Sequence record: NC_048048.2
DNA length: 64,000 nt
Reading direction: 5' to 3' (one strand)
The position numbers and the translations under genes are program-made. Position 1 is the stretch's first letter. Each line of letters begins with the position of its first letter. Positions 17,982 to 27,558 of the stretch are shown piece by piece. The notes beneath the pieces were generated by a model that saw only the letters and a list, made by a program, of their open reading frames with translations, did no database searches and was not told the DNA's origin.

Positions 17982-18394
17982 GCCAGGACATCGCCACCTC
18001 GACCCTGCCCTTCTTCCTGGGCGCGCTGGTCAAGTACGCCAAGGACGGTCCCAGTTCGTGGATGCTCTGCGAGCGGGCCGAGGACCAGGACTATCTACCT
18101 GAGTTGATCAAGGGGACCTGGACGACCGACGGTCATCCCAACTGCTCCCACTTCTCGCCGGAGTTCGTCTACGGCTTCTTCGCCACCAGGGAAGAGGCCG
18201 CCAGAGCCTGGGCGGTCGCCGGCGCCGCGTGGCGCACCAACGCGCTCCTGCTTCAAAGGCTGCGCAGCCAACTGGCGCTCGCCGAGACCGAGCAACGCCA
18301 ATCGGCGATCACCGTGGCCAGGGAACTGGCCACCATGATTGAAACCGTTCGCGGCGAGGACATCGTCGCGACCATCAAACTCGTGGACGTCTAA
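17978..18394 (+). CDS. hypothetical protein
   Basis: GTGA overlap. Confidence 0.7.
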   Translation: MSQDIATSTLPFFLGALVKYAKDGPSSWMLCERAEDQDYLPELIKGTWTTDGHPNCSHFSPEFVYGFFATREEAARAWAVAGAAWRTNALLLQRLRSQLALAETEQRQSAITVARELATMIETVRGEDIVATIKLVDV

Positions 18395-18395
18395 C

Positions 18396-18641
18396 ATGGG
18401 CCGCAAGCTGATCCTCACCCGTCTCAATCCAGAGCGTGAACTGTCCCGCGCCGACCAGCGCACCTTTGAGGACATCCAGGCCCTTCTGGGCAAGGCCGGG
18501 CAACTGGCCGATCGCCTCGGCCCAGACGTCTCGGTGGTCATGGAACTCTGGGACGCCGAGGAGACCGGCAACACCGTGCGTGGCCGGCTCCAATACGGCT
18601 GCTCGGGCGCCTCGATCTGCTCCTCGCGCATCGCCCCTTGA
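18396..18641 (+). CDS. hypothetical protein
   Basis: ORF. Confidence 0.6.
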   Translation: MGRKLILTRLNPERELSRADQRTFEDIQALLGKAGQLADRLGPDVSVVMELWDAEETGNTVRGRLQYGCSGASICSSRIAP

Positions 18642-18674
18642 CGCTATTCATGACGCCATGCTACGGCTGGCGTC

Positions 18675-19163
18675 ATGAAAGAGCTTTACCACCAGGACCT
18701 GCACGCGGTCGTCTCCGCCTCCGGTAAGAGCCGTCTCGTCTACGGCTCGGCAAAGGACGCCACGGCGCGCGCCGAGCAGCTATCGCGCCTGGAAGGTGGC
18801 TCCCTGGTCCAGACGTGGCCGGTCAGCGACGTCTACCACATCCTGCATGACACCGAGTTCAACGCCGCCGAGCGCCGGCGCGCGGTCAACACCGTCACGC
18901 TCCTGGGACAGGCGGCCAAGTCCTCGCCGCTCACCGTCTACAAGGCGCCCGGCGACGTGCGCCCGGTCGAGCCGGATGCCTCGCGTGAGGTGACCGAGGC
19001 CGGCCTGCGCATCGACGCCGGCATGATCATCCACAAGCTCCAGAACGGCCTCTCACCTGTGACCCTGTCCCAGGCGCAGATCGACACCCTGGTCGACGCC
19101 TGGGCGCTGATGCTCCGCGATGTCGGTCGCCTGCATGATCTGGAACTGATGCAGGACGCCTGA
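18675..19163 (+). CDS. hypothetical protein
   Basis: ORF. Confidence 0.7.
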   Translation: MKELYHQDLHAVVSASGKSRLVYGSAKDATARAEQLSRLEGGSLVQTWPVSDVYHILHDTEFNAAERRRAVNTVTLLGQAAKSSPLTVYKAPGDVRPVEPDASREVTEAGLRIDAGMIIHKLQNGLSPVTLSQAQIDTLVDAWALMLRDVGRLHDLELMQDA

Positions 19164-19206
19164 TCCGCGTTCCACCCTGGCATTAACCCTAACGACGAGA
19201 CGCCCC

Positions 19207-19488
19207 GTGACCGACAGCTACTACACCGAGGATGGCGATGAGTATGCCGAGCGCGCGGCCCACTGCGAGGGCATGCTGGGCTTCTTCCGCGAGGCCGAGC
19301 AGGAGATCGCCCGTCTGTACCCGCCGATCGATCGCGCGCTGAACGAGGCCAGCTACACCATGAGCGAGATCGGCCTGTGGATCGATCAGGAGGGCGGCAT
19401 CTCCATTCCGGCCATCATCCAGGCCTGGGCGCTGGTGGAGACGCTGCGCCGCAATGGCGGGCAGTTCCCCTCCAAGCTGCGGATGTAG
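19207..19488 (+). CDS. acidic hypothetical protein (QAWxLVE family)
   Basis: paralog of 19493 and 21823. Confidence 0.7.
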   Translation: MTDSYYTEDGDEYAERAAHCEGMLGFFREAEQEIARLYPPIDRALNEASYTMSEIGLWIDQEGGISIPAIIQAWALVETLRRNGGQFPSKLRM

Positions 19489-19492
19489 TCCC

Positions 19493-19768
19493 ATGAGCAA
19501 CGCCCTCACCAGCGGCTATGTCCAGGAGATCGAGGACGCCGATCGAAAGGTCCTGGCCGAGGACCGCGACCGCTTCAATGGTCCGCTGTTCGAAGAGGCC
19601 CTGCAAGACGACACCCTCAAGCGCGAGGTCGCCAAGGGTATCGACGCCATGATCCAGTCGGGCATCTGGTTCAGCGACGCCGATCTCCATGACGCCCTTC
19701 AGGCATGGTCGCTGGTCGAGGCCATCCGCCGCAACGGCAACACCTACCCGGCGGAGCTTGAGGCGTGA
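19493..19768 (+). CDS. acidic hypothetical protein (QAWxLVE family)
   Basis: QAWSLVEAIRRNG vs QAWALVETLRRNG. Confidence 0.7.
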   Translation: MSNALTSGYVQEIEDADRKVLAEDRDRFNGPLFEEALQDDTLKREVAKGIDAMIQSGIWFSDADLHDALQAWSLVEAIRRNGNTYPAELEA

Positions 19769-20202
19769 TCTCCTGGCCCGAGACCTACAGCTTCACCCGT
19801 GAGGAGATGCTGGCCTTCGTCAAGCAGCACGACGCCTATTCGGAGGCCTTCCGCTCGGCGTTCCTGGGGCTTGTGGCGGCCTCTTCGGGCGATCGCGCCA
19901 TCACCATCCTGGGCTTGACCCGCGAGGGCCAGCGCGATGATCGCTTCTGCTATCTGGGCCACATCACCGGCGCCGATGAGCGGCTGCTGATCCGCTGCTT
20001 CGAGAACGTGCGCTTTGGCGAGGCGCCGCCGGTCCTCACCGAAGAGGGCAGCAACGTGCTGCACTTCATCGCCCAGTTCTATCCCGACGAGATCAACGAC
20101 CACATCGGCCCCTTCAGCAAGGCCTATGCGCACCTGCGCGCCCCACCCAAGCCCAAGGCCGACAAGAAACCCAAGAAGGACAAGACCGATGTCGTGGTTT
20201 GA
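19765..20202 (+). CDS. hypothetical protein
   Basis: GTGA overlap. Confidence 0.7.
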   Translation: MISWPETYSFTREEMLAFVKQHDAYSEAFRSAFLGLVAASSGDRAITILGLTREGQRDDRFCYLGHITGADERLLIRCFENVRFGEAPPVLTEEGSNVLHFIAQFYPDEINDHIGPFSKAYAHLRAPPKPKADKKPKKDKTDVVV

Positions 20203-20584
20203 CGACTTCAAGGCGTGGCTGGGATACACCCGCCAGCACAAGAACCCCGAGGCCGGCGAGTTCCGCATCCACCAGTTCGCGCCCAACAGCTTCGTCGTGC
20301 AGATTTTCGATGGCGGCGATTGGAAGGGCCTTTCGCCGCTCGGCCGCATCGCCAACTTCCGGGCGCATGTCGAGTTCCACGAGAGCTTCGACCAAGCCGT
20401 CGAGAAGATGACCAACCTGCGCGCCCGCTGGTCAAGACTGTACGAGGGCGAGATCGAGCGTCTGCTGGGCAGCGAGATCAACTACTATCCCGAGAGCCTC
20501 CATCCGGTGCGCAAGCATGGCAAACGCTCGTGGAAGGTCGAGAACAAGGCCACCGAAGTCGCCCTGAAAGGGTTCGGCGGTTGA
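20189..20584 (+). CDS. hypothetical protein
   Basis: paralog of 20635. Confidence 0.7.
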   Translation: MSWFDDFKAWLGYTRQHKNPEAGEFRIHQFAPNSFVVQIFDGGDWKGLSPLGRIANFRAHVEFHESFDQAVEKMTNLRARWSRLYEGEIERLLGSEINYYPESLHPVRKHGKRSWKVENKATEVALKGFGG

Positions 20585-20609
20585 CGCCAATCGCGGCGCC
20601 ATGATAGCC
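20581..20609 (+). promoter_or_regulatory. putative promoter
   Basis: TTGACG overlapping upstream stop codon, ~N16 GATAGC. Confidence 0.5.
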
Positions 20610-20634
20610 AAGACGTCATAGAAAAGGAATCGAC

Positions 20635-21033
20635 ATGCCCTGGTGGTGGCCCTTCAAGCGCAAGGCCCAGGTCGAAGTGACCGAGCCCGTCCGCACGCTC
20701 CAGCCCTACGACGTCCGGGTCGTCCAGGTGGATGCCGACACCTTCTATGTCGAGGCCTACGTCGACAACGTCTGGCGTCGTATGCTCTCCATGCGCCACT
20801 CCGACTGGCGCCTGACCCTGGCCAGTGGTAAGGCCTGGAAAACCTTCGAGGAGGCCAAGGCCGCTGCCGAGGCTTTCACGGCCTACCGTGTCGACTGGAT
20901 CGCCAAGGAAGCCATCCGGCTGCGCGAGCATCGCAACAACTTCTATCCGACCGAGTACGTGCGCGAGCCAGTCAACGTGGGCATGAACCACGAGGCCAAG
21001 GCGGCTTCGAACTTCCGCCTGAGCTTCGGATGA
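20635..21033 (+). CDS. hypothetical protein
   Basis: AAGGA SD; paralog of 20189. Confidence 0.7.
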   Translation: MPWWWPFKRKAQVEVTEPVRTLQPYDVRVVQVDADTFYVEAYVDNVWRRMLSMRHSDWRLTLASGKAWKTFEEAKAAAEAFTAYRVDWIAKEAIRLREHRNNFYPTEYVREPVNVGMNHEAKAASNFRLSFG

Positions 21034-21341
21034 GAAACCGCGCTCACCAAGTCCTGGCCCTGCTCGCCGAAGCCTCCGACGAAGGCTTCGATGATATCCT
21101 GTGCGATGGCGCCTGCTATGTCGGGCACGTTCGCATCAGCCGGGGCACGGTGACCGAGCTTCTGATCCACATGGCCATCTCGCGCGCCGATGAGGATACC
21201 GAGCGCTACACGATCAACGCCACCGGTCTGGCCATCCACCGACGGCCGGCGCTGGCGTGCGACATCCTCAAGGCAATCGGCCAGGGCATCGCGTTCACGG
21301 TGGACGAGAACGACCAGATCGAGGTCCTGGACTATCCTTGA
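21030..21341 (+). CDS. hypothetical protein
   Basis: coupled ORF. Confidence 0.65.
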   Translation: MRNRAHQVLALLAEASDEGFDDILCDGACYVGHVRISRGTVTELLIHMAISRADEDTERYTINATGLAIHRRPALACDILKAIGQGIAFTVDENDQIEVLDYP

Positions 21342-21826
21342 TGGCCAAGACCCTGATCCTCGAACAGGCGATCGAACGCTTCCCGGTCCTGCTCCTCCTG
21401 GCGCAGGGCGTGGGCCGCTGGACGCGTCTGCGCGACACCAGCATCGACGAGTCTACCCTATCGGTCCTGGTCGCCGAGGGCGTTGTCGAAGTCGGCCGCT
21501 ACAAGCCCGATCAGCGGGTGCGCGGACGCGTGCGGACCTTCCGGGCTCTGGCCCTGACCGCCAAGGGCGAACTGCTGTCGGCCATGCTGCGCGACGCCTT
21601 TCGCGAGCGCAATCTGGCCTGGAGCTACGGCCCAGACGATGGCATCGGGCGCGTGGCCATGCGCGCCGACTGGGGCCAGCCCAAGATCGAGTACGTCGCT
21701 GACGGATACCTGGGCCGGCGCCGTAAGGTGATCACCGCCCGGCCAGATAACCACAAGACCAAGATGAAGAAAGCCGCCCAGCAGGCCCTGGCCAAGTGGC
21801 GGCTTTGGCAGAAAGCACCGACATGA
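21341..21826 (+). CDS. hypothetical protein, possible winged helix
   Basis: LVAEGVV...ALTAKG. Confidence 0.65.
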   Translation: MAKTLILEQAIERFPVLLLLAQGVGRWTRLRDTSIDESTLSVLVAEGVVEVGRYKPDQRVRGRVRTFRALALTAKGELLSAMLRDAFRERNLAWSYGPDDGIGRVAMRADWGQPKIEYVADGYLGRRRKVITARPDNHKTKMKKAAQQALAKWRLWQKAPT

Positions 21827-22101
21827 GCGATTACGAGCGTCAATTCGAGGAACGGTTCGACGACCTGGAGGTCGATCGTCGCCGCGCGCGCAGCCTGATC
21901 GACGACTTCGCCACGCATGCCGTGCCCGAGGACAAGAAGGACGCGGTCGACAAGCTGATCGGGCTGGCCAACTACTTCGATCACCTGGAGATCAAGCTGG
22001 ACGTGGAGACGGCGATCGCCGCCTGGGCGTTGGTCGAGGAGGCGCTGCTGTGCGCCCCCGAGGAGATCGACGACCTGATCGCCGACATCGAACGAGGCTG
22101 A
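21823..22101 (+). CDS. acidic hypothetical protein (AWxLVE family)
   Basis: AIAAWALVEE. Confidence 0.7.
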   Translation: MSDYERQFEERFDDLEVDRRRARSLIDDFATHAVPEDKKDAVDKLIGLANYFDHLEIKLDVETAIAAWALVEEALLCAPEEIDDLIADIERG

Positions 22102-22103
22102 AG

Positions 22104-22778
22104 ATGCAGACCGGCATCGTCGATCGCACCTTCGAGACGCGCAAGGAATACTGGGTCGCACGGGGCTTCTCAAAGAAGCTCAACTGCTACGTCTATCCCC
22201 ACCACGGTTGGTCCTGGATTTCCTGGACGCGGCAGATCGGGGACACCCACGACACCCTGGAACAGGCTCGGAACAACATCCGGGGCGGCTATATCGAGGA
22301 CATGATCGAGACCCAAGAGGTCGTCGACATCGAGTTCCTGCACTACAAGCGCACCCGCCAAATCGCCGAGCATGTCGAGGTCGTGGCCTATAATCACGAT
22401 GGCGAGCCCTCGACCTTGGCGGAGCCGACCGTGGTGGTCGAGAACTGGACACTACGCCCGGACGACTACATCGGCATCGGCAGTGACGACGGCCGCGACA
22501 TTTCCATCTATGGTCGCATCACCGCCCTGCGCGATGGCAAGGCTTATATCGACGTCCTCAATGGCGGCTGGACCTTGGTCGTGCGTATGGACGGCGACAA
22601 AACCATCGTCGACGCCGAATCCGACTGCTGCCAAGGCGGCGACGAGGACGAAGAGTCCAGGGCTGGCCGGCCCGTGCGCGTCCTCTTCCAGGGCGTTCCA
22701 AATCCGAACGAGGACCCTGGCTGCTACACCACCCAGATGAACGCGTGGCGCGATCAGCAGGAGGGCGTGGCGGCATGA
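22104..22778 (+). CDS. hypothetical protein
   Basis: ORF. Confidence 0.7.
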   Translation: MQTGIVDRTFETRKEYWVARGFSKKLNCYVYPHHGWSWISWTRQIGDTHDTLEQARNNIRGGYIEDMIETQEVVDIEFLHYKRTRQIAEHVEVVAYNHDGEPSTLAEPTVVVENWTLRPDDYIGIGSDDGRDISIYGRITALRDGKAYIDVLNGGWTLVVRMDGDKTIVDAESDCCQGGDEDEESRAGRPVRVLFQGVPNPNEDPGCYTTQMNAWRDQQEGVAA

Positions 22779-23107
22779 CCGAGATCGCACACTATCGGCA
22801 TCCAGCCCAAAGCACGCGTTGGGAAACGGATTTCTATGTCTTCGCCAAGGTCGAGTTTCCTTCGAGCCAGGGTAAACCGATGTTCGAGGAAGTCGTCTGG
22901 GGCTCCGACTTCGCCAGGACCGGATGGCGCAAGGTCAATGCCGAAGGTGTCAGTCCGGTCGGTTTCGCGCGCCGCGAGGATGCCGACAAGGATGTGATGT
23001 CCGATCGCGCGCGCTGGTTCAACGGCCAGGAACTCACCGCCGTCCACGATTTGCGCTTCCTCAAGCGCACCGTCGTCACCGCGACCTATTACGAGGACGT
23101 TCCGTGA
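22775..23107 (+). CDS. hypothetical protein
   Basis: shares DxxxxHDL/IEFLxxxxT tail with N-half of 22104. Confidence 0.65.
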   Translation: MTEIAHYRHPAQSTRWETDFYVFAKVEFPSSQGKPMFEEVVWGSDFARTGWRKVNAEGVSPVGFARREDADKDVMSDRARWFNGQELTAVHDLRFLKRTVVTATYYEDVP

Positions 23108-23406
23108 CCGCCGACCTCGAAGTGATTCTGCGCACCTACCACAAGTCCGGCCGCAACGGCGACCGGGCCATGCGCGACACGCCCTACCGCGACTACGAGG
23201 TCGTCCTGCGCCGCGTCGCCGATCGCGTCGAGGTCCCCGTCCGCCTCTTCGATGGATATGACAGTTTCAACGTTTCGATCCGCTCTGATCAGCACCGCCT
23301 CGCCGATGCCCTGGCAAACCAGTTGGCCGACTTCTTCCACACGTCCGTCATCCGCGAAGACTATGAGCCCCAGGTCACCACGACCTGGGTCAAACGAGAA
23401 CAGTAA
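23104..23406 (+). CDS. hypothetical protein
   Basis: GTGA overlap. Confidence 0.7.
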   Translation: MTADLEVILRTYHKSGRNGDRAMRDTPYRDYEVVLRRVADRVEVPVRLFDGYDSFNVSIRSDQHRLADALANQLADFFHTSVIREDYEPQVTTTWVKREQ

Positions 23407-23416
23407 GGGGGAACCC

Positions 23417-24022
23417 ATGGACCGCCGTTCATTCTTGGCCGCAGGCCTCGCTACCGCCCTGGCGCCGGCCATCGCCCAGGCCTATCCGCTCACCGATCCG
23501 ACCAAGCTGATCGATAGCTTCCTGATCGACCGTGTCACCAGCGGTGATCTGGCCTTCCAGCCCAAGACGCCGGCCATGCTCTCCCTGGCCCGCAATATGA
23601 CCAGTCGCCTCTTCATGGAGCCGGTGGACACCACCTCCTATCGCCTGTCCGACTGGGGCGTGCAGCGCGGTCACTTCCTGCTGGTCGACCGTCTGTTCGA
23701 TCCCTCCAAGGGTGGCGCCAAGAAGCTGATCCGTGACGTCTACGCGCTGAGCAAGGAACACCACCGTGATCCTGCGGGGCGGCGCTTCGTGCCCGTCACC
23801 GGCGGCCGTGATCGTGATCTGATCGCCCGCATGCAGTCGCGCGATCGCGCGCCCGGCGGCATCGTCACCACCACCCTGACCCGCGCCCAGGCCCAGCAGA
23901 ACGACTGGCGCATGGCCTTTCTGCGCGCCGGCCGCCTGCGTCCGTCGGGCTACCTGCACACCAGCGACATCCTGCTGCTGGAGCCGACAGCGGCCTTCCC
24001 CAAGCTGACGCGTGTGGCATGA
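23417..24022 (+). CDS. Tat-signal protein, paralog family A
   Basis: MDRRSFLAAGLATALAPAIAQA| signal; GGGGGA SD. Confidence 0.75.
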   Translation: MDRRSFLAAGLATALAPAIAQAYPLTDPTKLIDSFLIDRVTSGDLAFQPKTPAMLSLARNMTSRLFMEPVDTTSYRLSDWGVQRGHFLLVDRLFDPSKGGAKKLIRDVYALSKEHHRDPAGRRFVPVTGGRDRDLIARMQSRDRAPGGIVTTTLTRAQAQQNDWRMAFLRAGRLRPSGYLHTSDILLLEPTAAFPKLTRVA

Positions 24023-24336
24023 TCCCGCCTCCGATCGTCCAGGACCAGCATAAGGTCGAGACCTACTTCGTCGTCCACGCCCAGGCGCGGTCGACCAAGA
24101 ACGGCAGCGTCTGGCCGATCTACCTCGCAGGTGACCGGGTCCTGAAGGGCTGGGCGCAGTATCCCTACCACATGACCGGCGACCCGCCGTTTCGGTTCCA
24201 GGCCATAGAGGCGGCTAGGGCCGCCGCCGCCAAGGACACCGTCGGCTACAAGGTCGAGAACATCGTGGTCACCGAGCACGTTGTCGATACCCGCACCACC
24301 ATCAGGACGATCGATCACCGATGCACTACGACCTGA
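24019..24336 (+). CDS. hypothetical protein
   Basis: ATGA overlap. Confidence 0.7.
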   Translation: MIPPPIVQDQHKVETYFVVHAQARSTKNGSVWPIYLAGDRVLKGWAQYPYHMTGDPPFRFQAIEAARAAAAKDTVGYKVENIVVTEHVVDTRTTIRTIDHRCTTT

Positions 24337-24575
24337 AGCAAGAACTGTGCATCATGGGCGAGGACGTGGAACGCGACCTCGACGTCCATGGCGGCTTCGA
24401 TTGGATGGTGCTGTCCTATTCTGCGACCATCTTCTCCCATCCTGTCCTTGTCGAGCGCTTCGAATCCGAGGAGATAGCGATCCTCGCGGGACGCCAGCGG
24501 ATCGAAGATGGCTATCGCCATGTCGACGTCGTCAAGCAAGTCGCCTATTCCTGTGTCCCCTGGATCGAGGACTGA
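24321..24575 (+). CDS. hypothetical protein
   Basis: ORF. Confidence 0.6.
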   Translation: MHYDLKQELCIMGEDVERDLDVHGGFDWMVLSYSATIFSHPVLVERFESEEIAILAGRQRIEDGYRHVDVVKQVAYSCVPWIED

Positions 24576-24578
24576 CCC

Positions 24579-25328
24579 ATGAGCATCACCCGCCGCGCCA
24601 TCCTGGCCTCCGCCGGCCTTGCCGGAGCCCTCTTCGCCGTGCCGGCGATCGCCAAGGCGCCGGTGAGCGAGCGCATCGAAAAGTGGCTGGCCCAGATGGT
24701 CCACGACGGCAACTACTCGGTCCATGTCCAGGCGGTCGATCCCGAGGTGCTGGAAGCCTTGCGCGCCGGCGCGCTCGCTGAGCAGCATGACGCCTGGGTC
24801 CCTGACAGTCCCTCCAACGTCGTCACCATCTCCCGCCGCGACATGGTTCGCCTGACGCCGCGCGGCGTCGAGATGGGACAGGTCTTCCTGGCCGCCCGCC
24901 TGGGCCTGCACGCGCGCTACCTGATGGCCCAGGCGATCGACACCAAGCCCGCCAAGCCGGGCTATGCCTACAAGGTTTTGCGCGGCAGCGAGGCCGAGAA
25001 CGCCAACTTCAAGCGGTTGTTCGGCAAGGCCTATTCCAACGGCGCCTTGCCGCGCACGGTCTTGACGCCCGAGCAGGCGGCCAAGGGTGACTGGCGCATG
25101 GTCCTGCTGCGCGAGGCCTATCTTCGCTCCGTCGCCGCTGGCTCGACTCTCATCGCCCTGGAGCGCACACCCGCCGGGCAGGACTGGTATCAGGCCTGCC
25201 TGATCGACCAGCAGTACGATCGCGTCGAGGCGCGCCTCAAGAAGATGGGCATCAAACCTGTCTTCGACATGAACCGGGCCGAGGCCTTCATGGTCGACTT
25301 TGGTCGCGGCAAGATCGTGGGCGCCTGA
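24579..25328 (+). CDS. Tat-signal protein, paralog family A
   Basis: MSITRRAILASAGLAGALFAVPAIAKA| signal. Confidence 0.75.
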   Translation: MSITRRAILASAGLAGALFAVPAIAKAPVSERIEKWLAQMVHDGNYSVHVQAVDPEVLEALRAGALAEQHDAWVPDSPSNVVTISRRDMVRLTPRGVEMGQVFLAARLGLHARYLMAQAIDTKPAKPGYAYKVLRGSEAENANFKRLFGKAYSNGALPRTVLTPEQAAKGDWRMVLLREAYLRSVAAGSTLIALERTPAGQDWYQACLIDQQYDRVEARLKKMGIKPVFDMNRAEAFMVDFGRGKIVGA

Positions 25329-25654
25329 TGATCGATCGTCGCGCCCTCCTGGCGGGCCTCTTCACCGCACCCGTGACCCTGCCGGCCATCGCCCAGGCCC
25401 TGCCCGTCGATCCCGATCCGGGGCCGGGCAAGATGTACCTTGGCGTTGATCCAGGCGCCCGCGACTTCGGCACCGCGATCTGGATGGTGCAAGACACGAA
25501 CGGCGCCTACAGGATCACCTGCCACAAGAGCCAAGGTGGGACCTGGGACGACGCCGTCTACCTCTCGACCGACGGTGTCAACCAAACCAAGCTGATGCCC
25601 GGTCAGAGCCTGATCCTGCGCGGTAACGGCGTCATGGAGCACCTGCGTCGATGA
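25328..25654 (+). CDS. Tat-signal protein
   Basis: MIDRRALLAGLFTAPVTLPAIAQA| signal. Confidence 0.7.
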   Translation: MIDRRALLAGLFTAPVTLPAIAQALPVDPDPGPGKMYLGVDPGARDFGTAIWMVQDTNGAYRITCHKSQGGTWDDAVYLSTDGVNQTKLMPGQSLILRGNGVMEHLRR

Positions 25655-26037
25655 CCGAGCAATTCACCGTCGAGGAGATCGACCGCTTCCGCCAGTGGTA
25701 CAACCACATGGAGGACAGCAATTTCGACTACATCGAGGCCGAGGACGCGCAGTTGGCGATCAAGGTCCACGACCTCGTGGGCCGGCGCGTCAGCAGCCGC
25801 ACGCGCGACCTTGCCTTCCCGCCCAAGCACTTCCTGCTCTCCTTCGACGAGGAGGACATGCGCGCCCAGGACTCGGTGTCGGTGACCCTGACCCTGATCA
25901 CCATCCTCAAGCACCGAGGCATCGCCTTCGACATCACTTCGGAGTCGACGATCACCCTGGCCTGCGCCGCCGAGACGCTCGACGAGATCATGCCCGATCT
26001 CCCCGGCTGGCGTCACGCGCCTCTCTACCAGTTCTGA
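25651..26037 (+). CDS. hypothetical protein
   Basis: coupled ORF. Confidence 0.7.
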   Translation: MTEQFTVEEIDRFRQWYNHMEDSNFDYIEAEDAQLAIKVHDLVGRRVSSRTRDLAFPPKHFLLSFDEEDMRAQDSVSVTLTLITILKHRGIAFDITSESTITLACAAETLDEIMPDLPGWRHAPLYQF

Positions 26038-26049
26038 GCGGACCTGCCC

Positions 26050-26268
26050 GTGACCATCTTCATCGATCAAGTCATCCCGGCCGCTGCGCGCACGCCCCTT
26101 TTCGTGGTCTGCCTGACGCCGCTGAACGAAACCGCGCCGCTCGTCTATGAAACGCGTCCCACCCGCAAGGAGGCCGAGGACTTCGCCTATGCCAGCCTGA
26201 GCCGAGGCTACCGCCGCGCCGATGTCTTCGAACAGGTTCCCGTCGCTTCCTATAGGATCGAGCGATGA
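26050..26268 (+). CDS. hypothetical protein
   Basis: ORF. Confidence 0.65.
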   Translation: MTIFIDQVIPAAARTPLFVVCLTPLNETAPLVYETRPTRKEAEDFAYASLSRGYRRADVFEQVPVASYRIER

Positions 26269-26603
26269 GCGCGCCCGCACCGCCCGGCGATCTCGTCGGC
26301 AATGGCGACGCCGTCTGGGGATGGGCCGATCGCCTGTCCAGACATACCCACGACCTGCACAAGAGCCGCGAGCTTTGGCAGCAGATCGTCCAGGGCGACA
26401 TGTTCTGCGGCTCGTGTCGGCTGTGGATGACCAAGTCCTGTCCCCGTGAGCACAATGACGGTCTCTCCGGCTACAGCCGAGGTCCGTCCAGCGGAGCCTT
26501 GAAGTGCAGTCAGTACCAGATCAGCCCGTCGGCGGCGAAGCTCCTGGAGGAGCGCAAGGCGCAGTACCAGGAAGTGAGCCTGCGCCTCAAGGCTGGTGGG
26601 TAG
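26265..26603 (+). CDS. hypothetical Cys-containing protein
   Basis: CGSCxxWxxxxC...C. Confidence 0.65.
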   Translation: MSAPAPPGDLVGNGDAVWGWADRLSRHTHDLHKSRELWQQIVQGDMFCGSCRLWMTKSCPREHNDGLSGYSRGPSSGALKCSQYQISPSAAKLLEERKAQYQEVSLRLKAGG

Positions 26604-26977
26604 ACTGGTCCTATGAGGACGGTCTTCGCCAGCAGGAGGCTCGCCGCGAGAAGTGGTTCCAGAACCTGCTGATCAACGCCTCCTGGGACGCCTTGGCCAA
26701 GATCGCCTGCCCCGACGAAGGGCTGCGCGGCATCGCCCATGATGGTCAACTCTTCTGGTGGAACCCCTGGCTGGCCACCCACGGCGACGCCATGCGTTGG
26801 CTGGACAAGCGCGGTTTCGAGGGCCGCGACGCCTGCATCGAGATGCACTTCGACGAGGACGGCAGGCTCTATCTGACGGCCTGGGACCAGACGACCTATG
26901 ACGAGGCCCTGGCCCACCCGTCGCTGAATGGCAAGACCTGCAAGCCCTACCGGGCGCGGCGAGGCCTGCCGCGCTAG
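26504..26977 (+). CDS. hypothetical protein (start uncertain)
   Basis: coding-like from ~26600; only in-frame standard start overlaps upstream gene. Confidence 0.55.
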   Translation: MQSVPDQPVGGEAPGGAQGAVPGSEPAPQGWWVDWSYEDGLRQQEARREKWFQNLLINASWDALAKIACPDEGLRGIAHDGQLFWWNPWLATHGDAMRWLDKRGFEGRDACIEMHFDEDGRLYLTAWDQTTYDEALAHPSLNGKTCKPYRARRGLPR

Positions 26978-26992
26978 TCTGGCACGAGCCGC

Positions 26993-27031
26993 TTGACAGC
27001 CCTCCGGCACTGTGCGAGAAAGCTGTTGACG
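26993..27031 (+). promoter_or_regulatory. promoter, same class as cassette promoters
   Basis: TTGACA-N15-GCGAGAAA then gctg-TTGACG. Confidence 0.6.
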
Positions 27032-27051
27032 CAGCCGCCCGGAGGACCTCG

Positions 27052-27558
27052 ATGATCACCGCACTTCAGCTTCAGAACGCCCTGGGCGCCAACGGCTTCG
27101 TGCATGTTCGCACGTCCAAGCCCGGCCAGATCGTCAAGCTGATGCGCACCGTCGAGGGTCTGGCGGTCAAGACGCCCCAGGGCGAGTTCAAGGAATTTTC
27201 CGCCAACGCCTGGAAGCGCGTCGCCGCCTTCGTCAACAAGCAGTTTGGCCTGCGGCGCCCGCCGGCTCCGCGCCTGGACGCGGACGAGCGCTTCGAGCGC
27301 GATCGCCGACTGGCCGACCAAGCCGATGATCGGCTGCGCGAGTTCGACTACACCCTGATGTGGCGTAATCAATACGCCAGCGGCTCCGATCATCGTTCGT
27401 TCGGGGCATGCCACGCCGTCGATCGCAGGGGGCTCAATACCCTCTGTGGCCGCAAGGTCCCCCAGCACCTGACCACCTACGAGGTCGACAATCTCGACTG
27501 CCGTCAGTGCATCAAGATCGAGCGCAAGCTGAAATCCCTGGTCTCCAAGGTCTACTAA
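27052..27558 (+). CDS. hypothetical protein, C-terminal Zn-binding motif
   Basis: CH...LCG...CRQC. Confidence 0.7.
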   Translation: MITALQLQNALGANGFVHVRTSKPGQIVKLMRTVEGLAVKTPQGEFKEFSANAWKRVAAFVNKQFGLRRPPAPRLDADERFERDRRLADQADDRLREFDYTLMWRNQYASGSDHRSFGACHAVDRRGLNTLCGRKVPQHLTTYEVDNLDCRQCIKIERKLKSLVSKVY

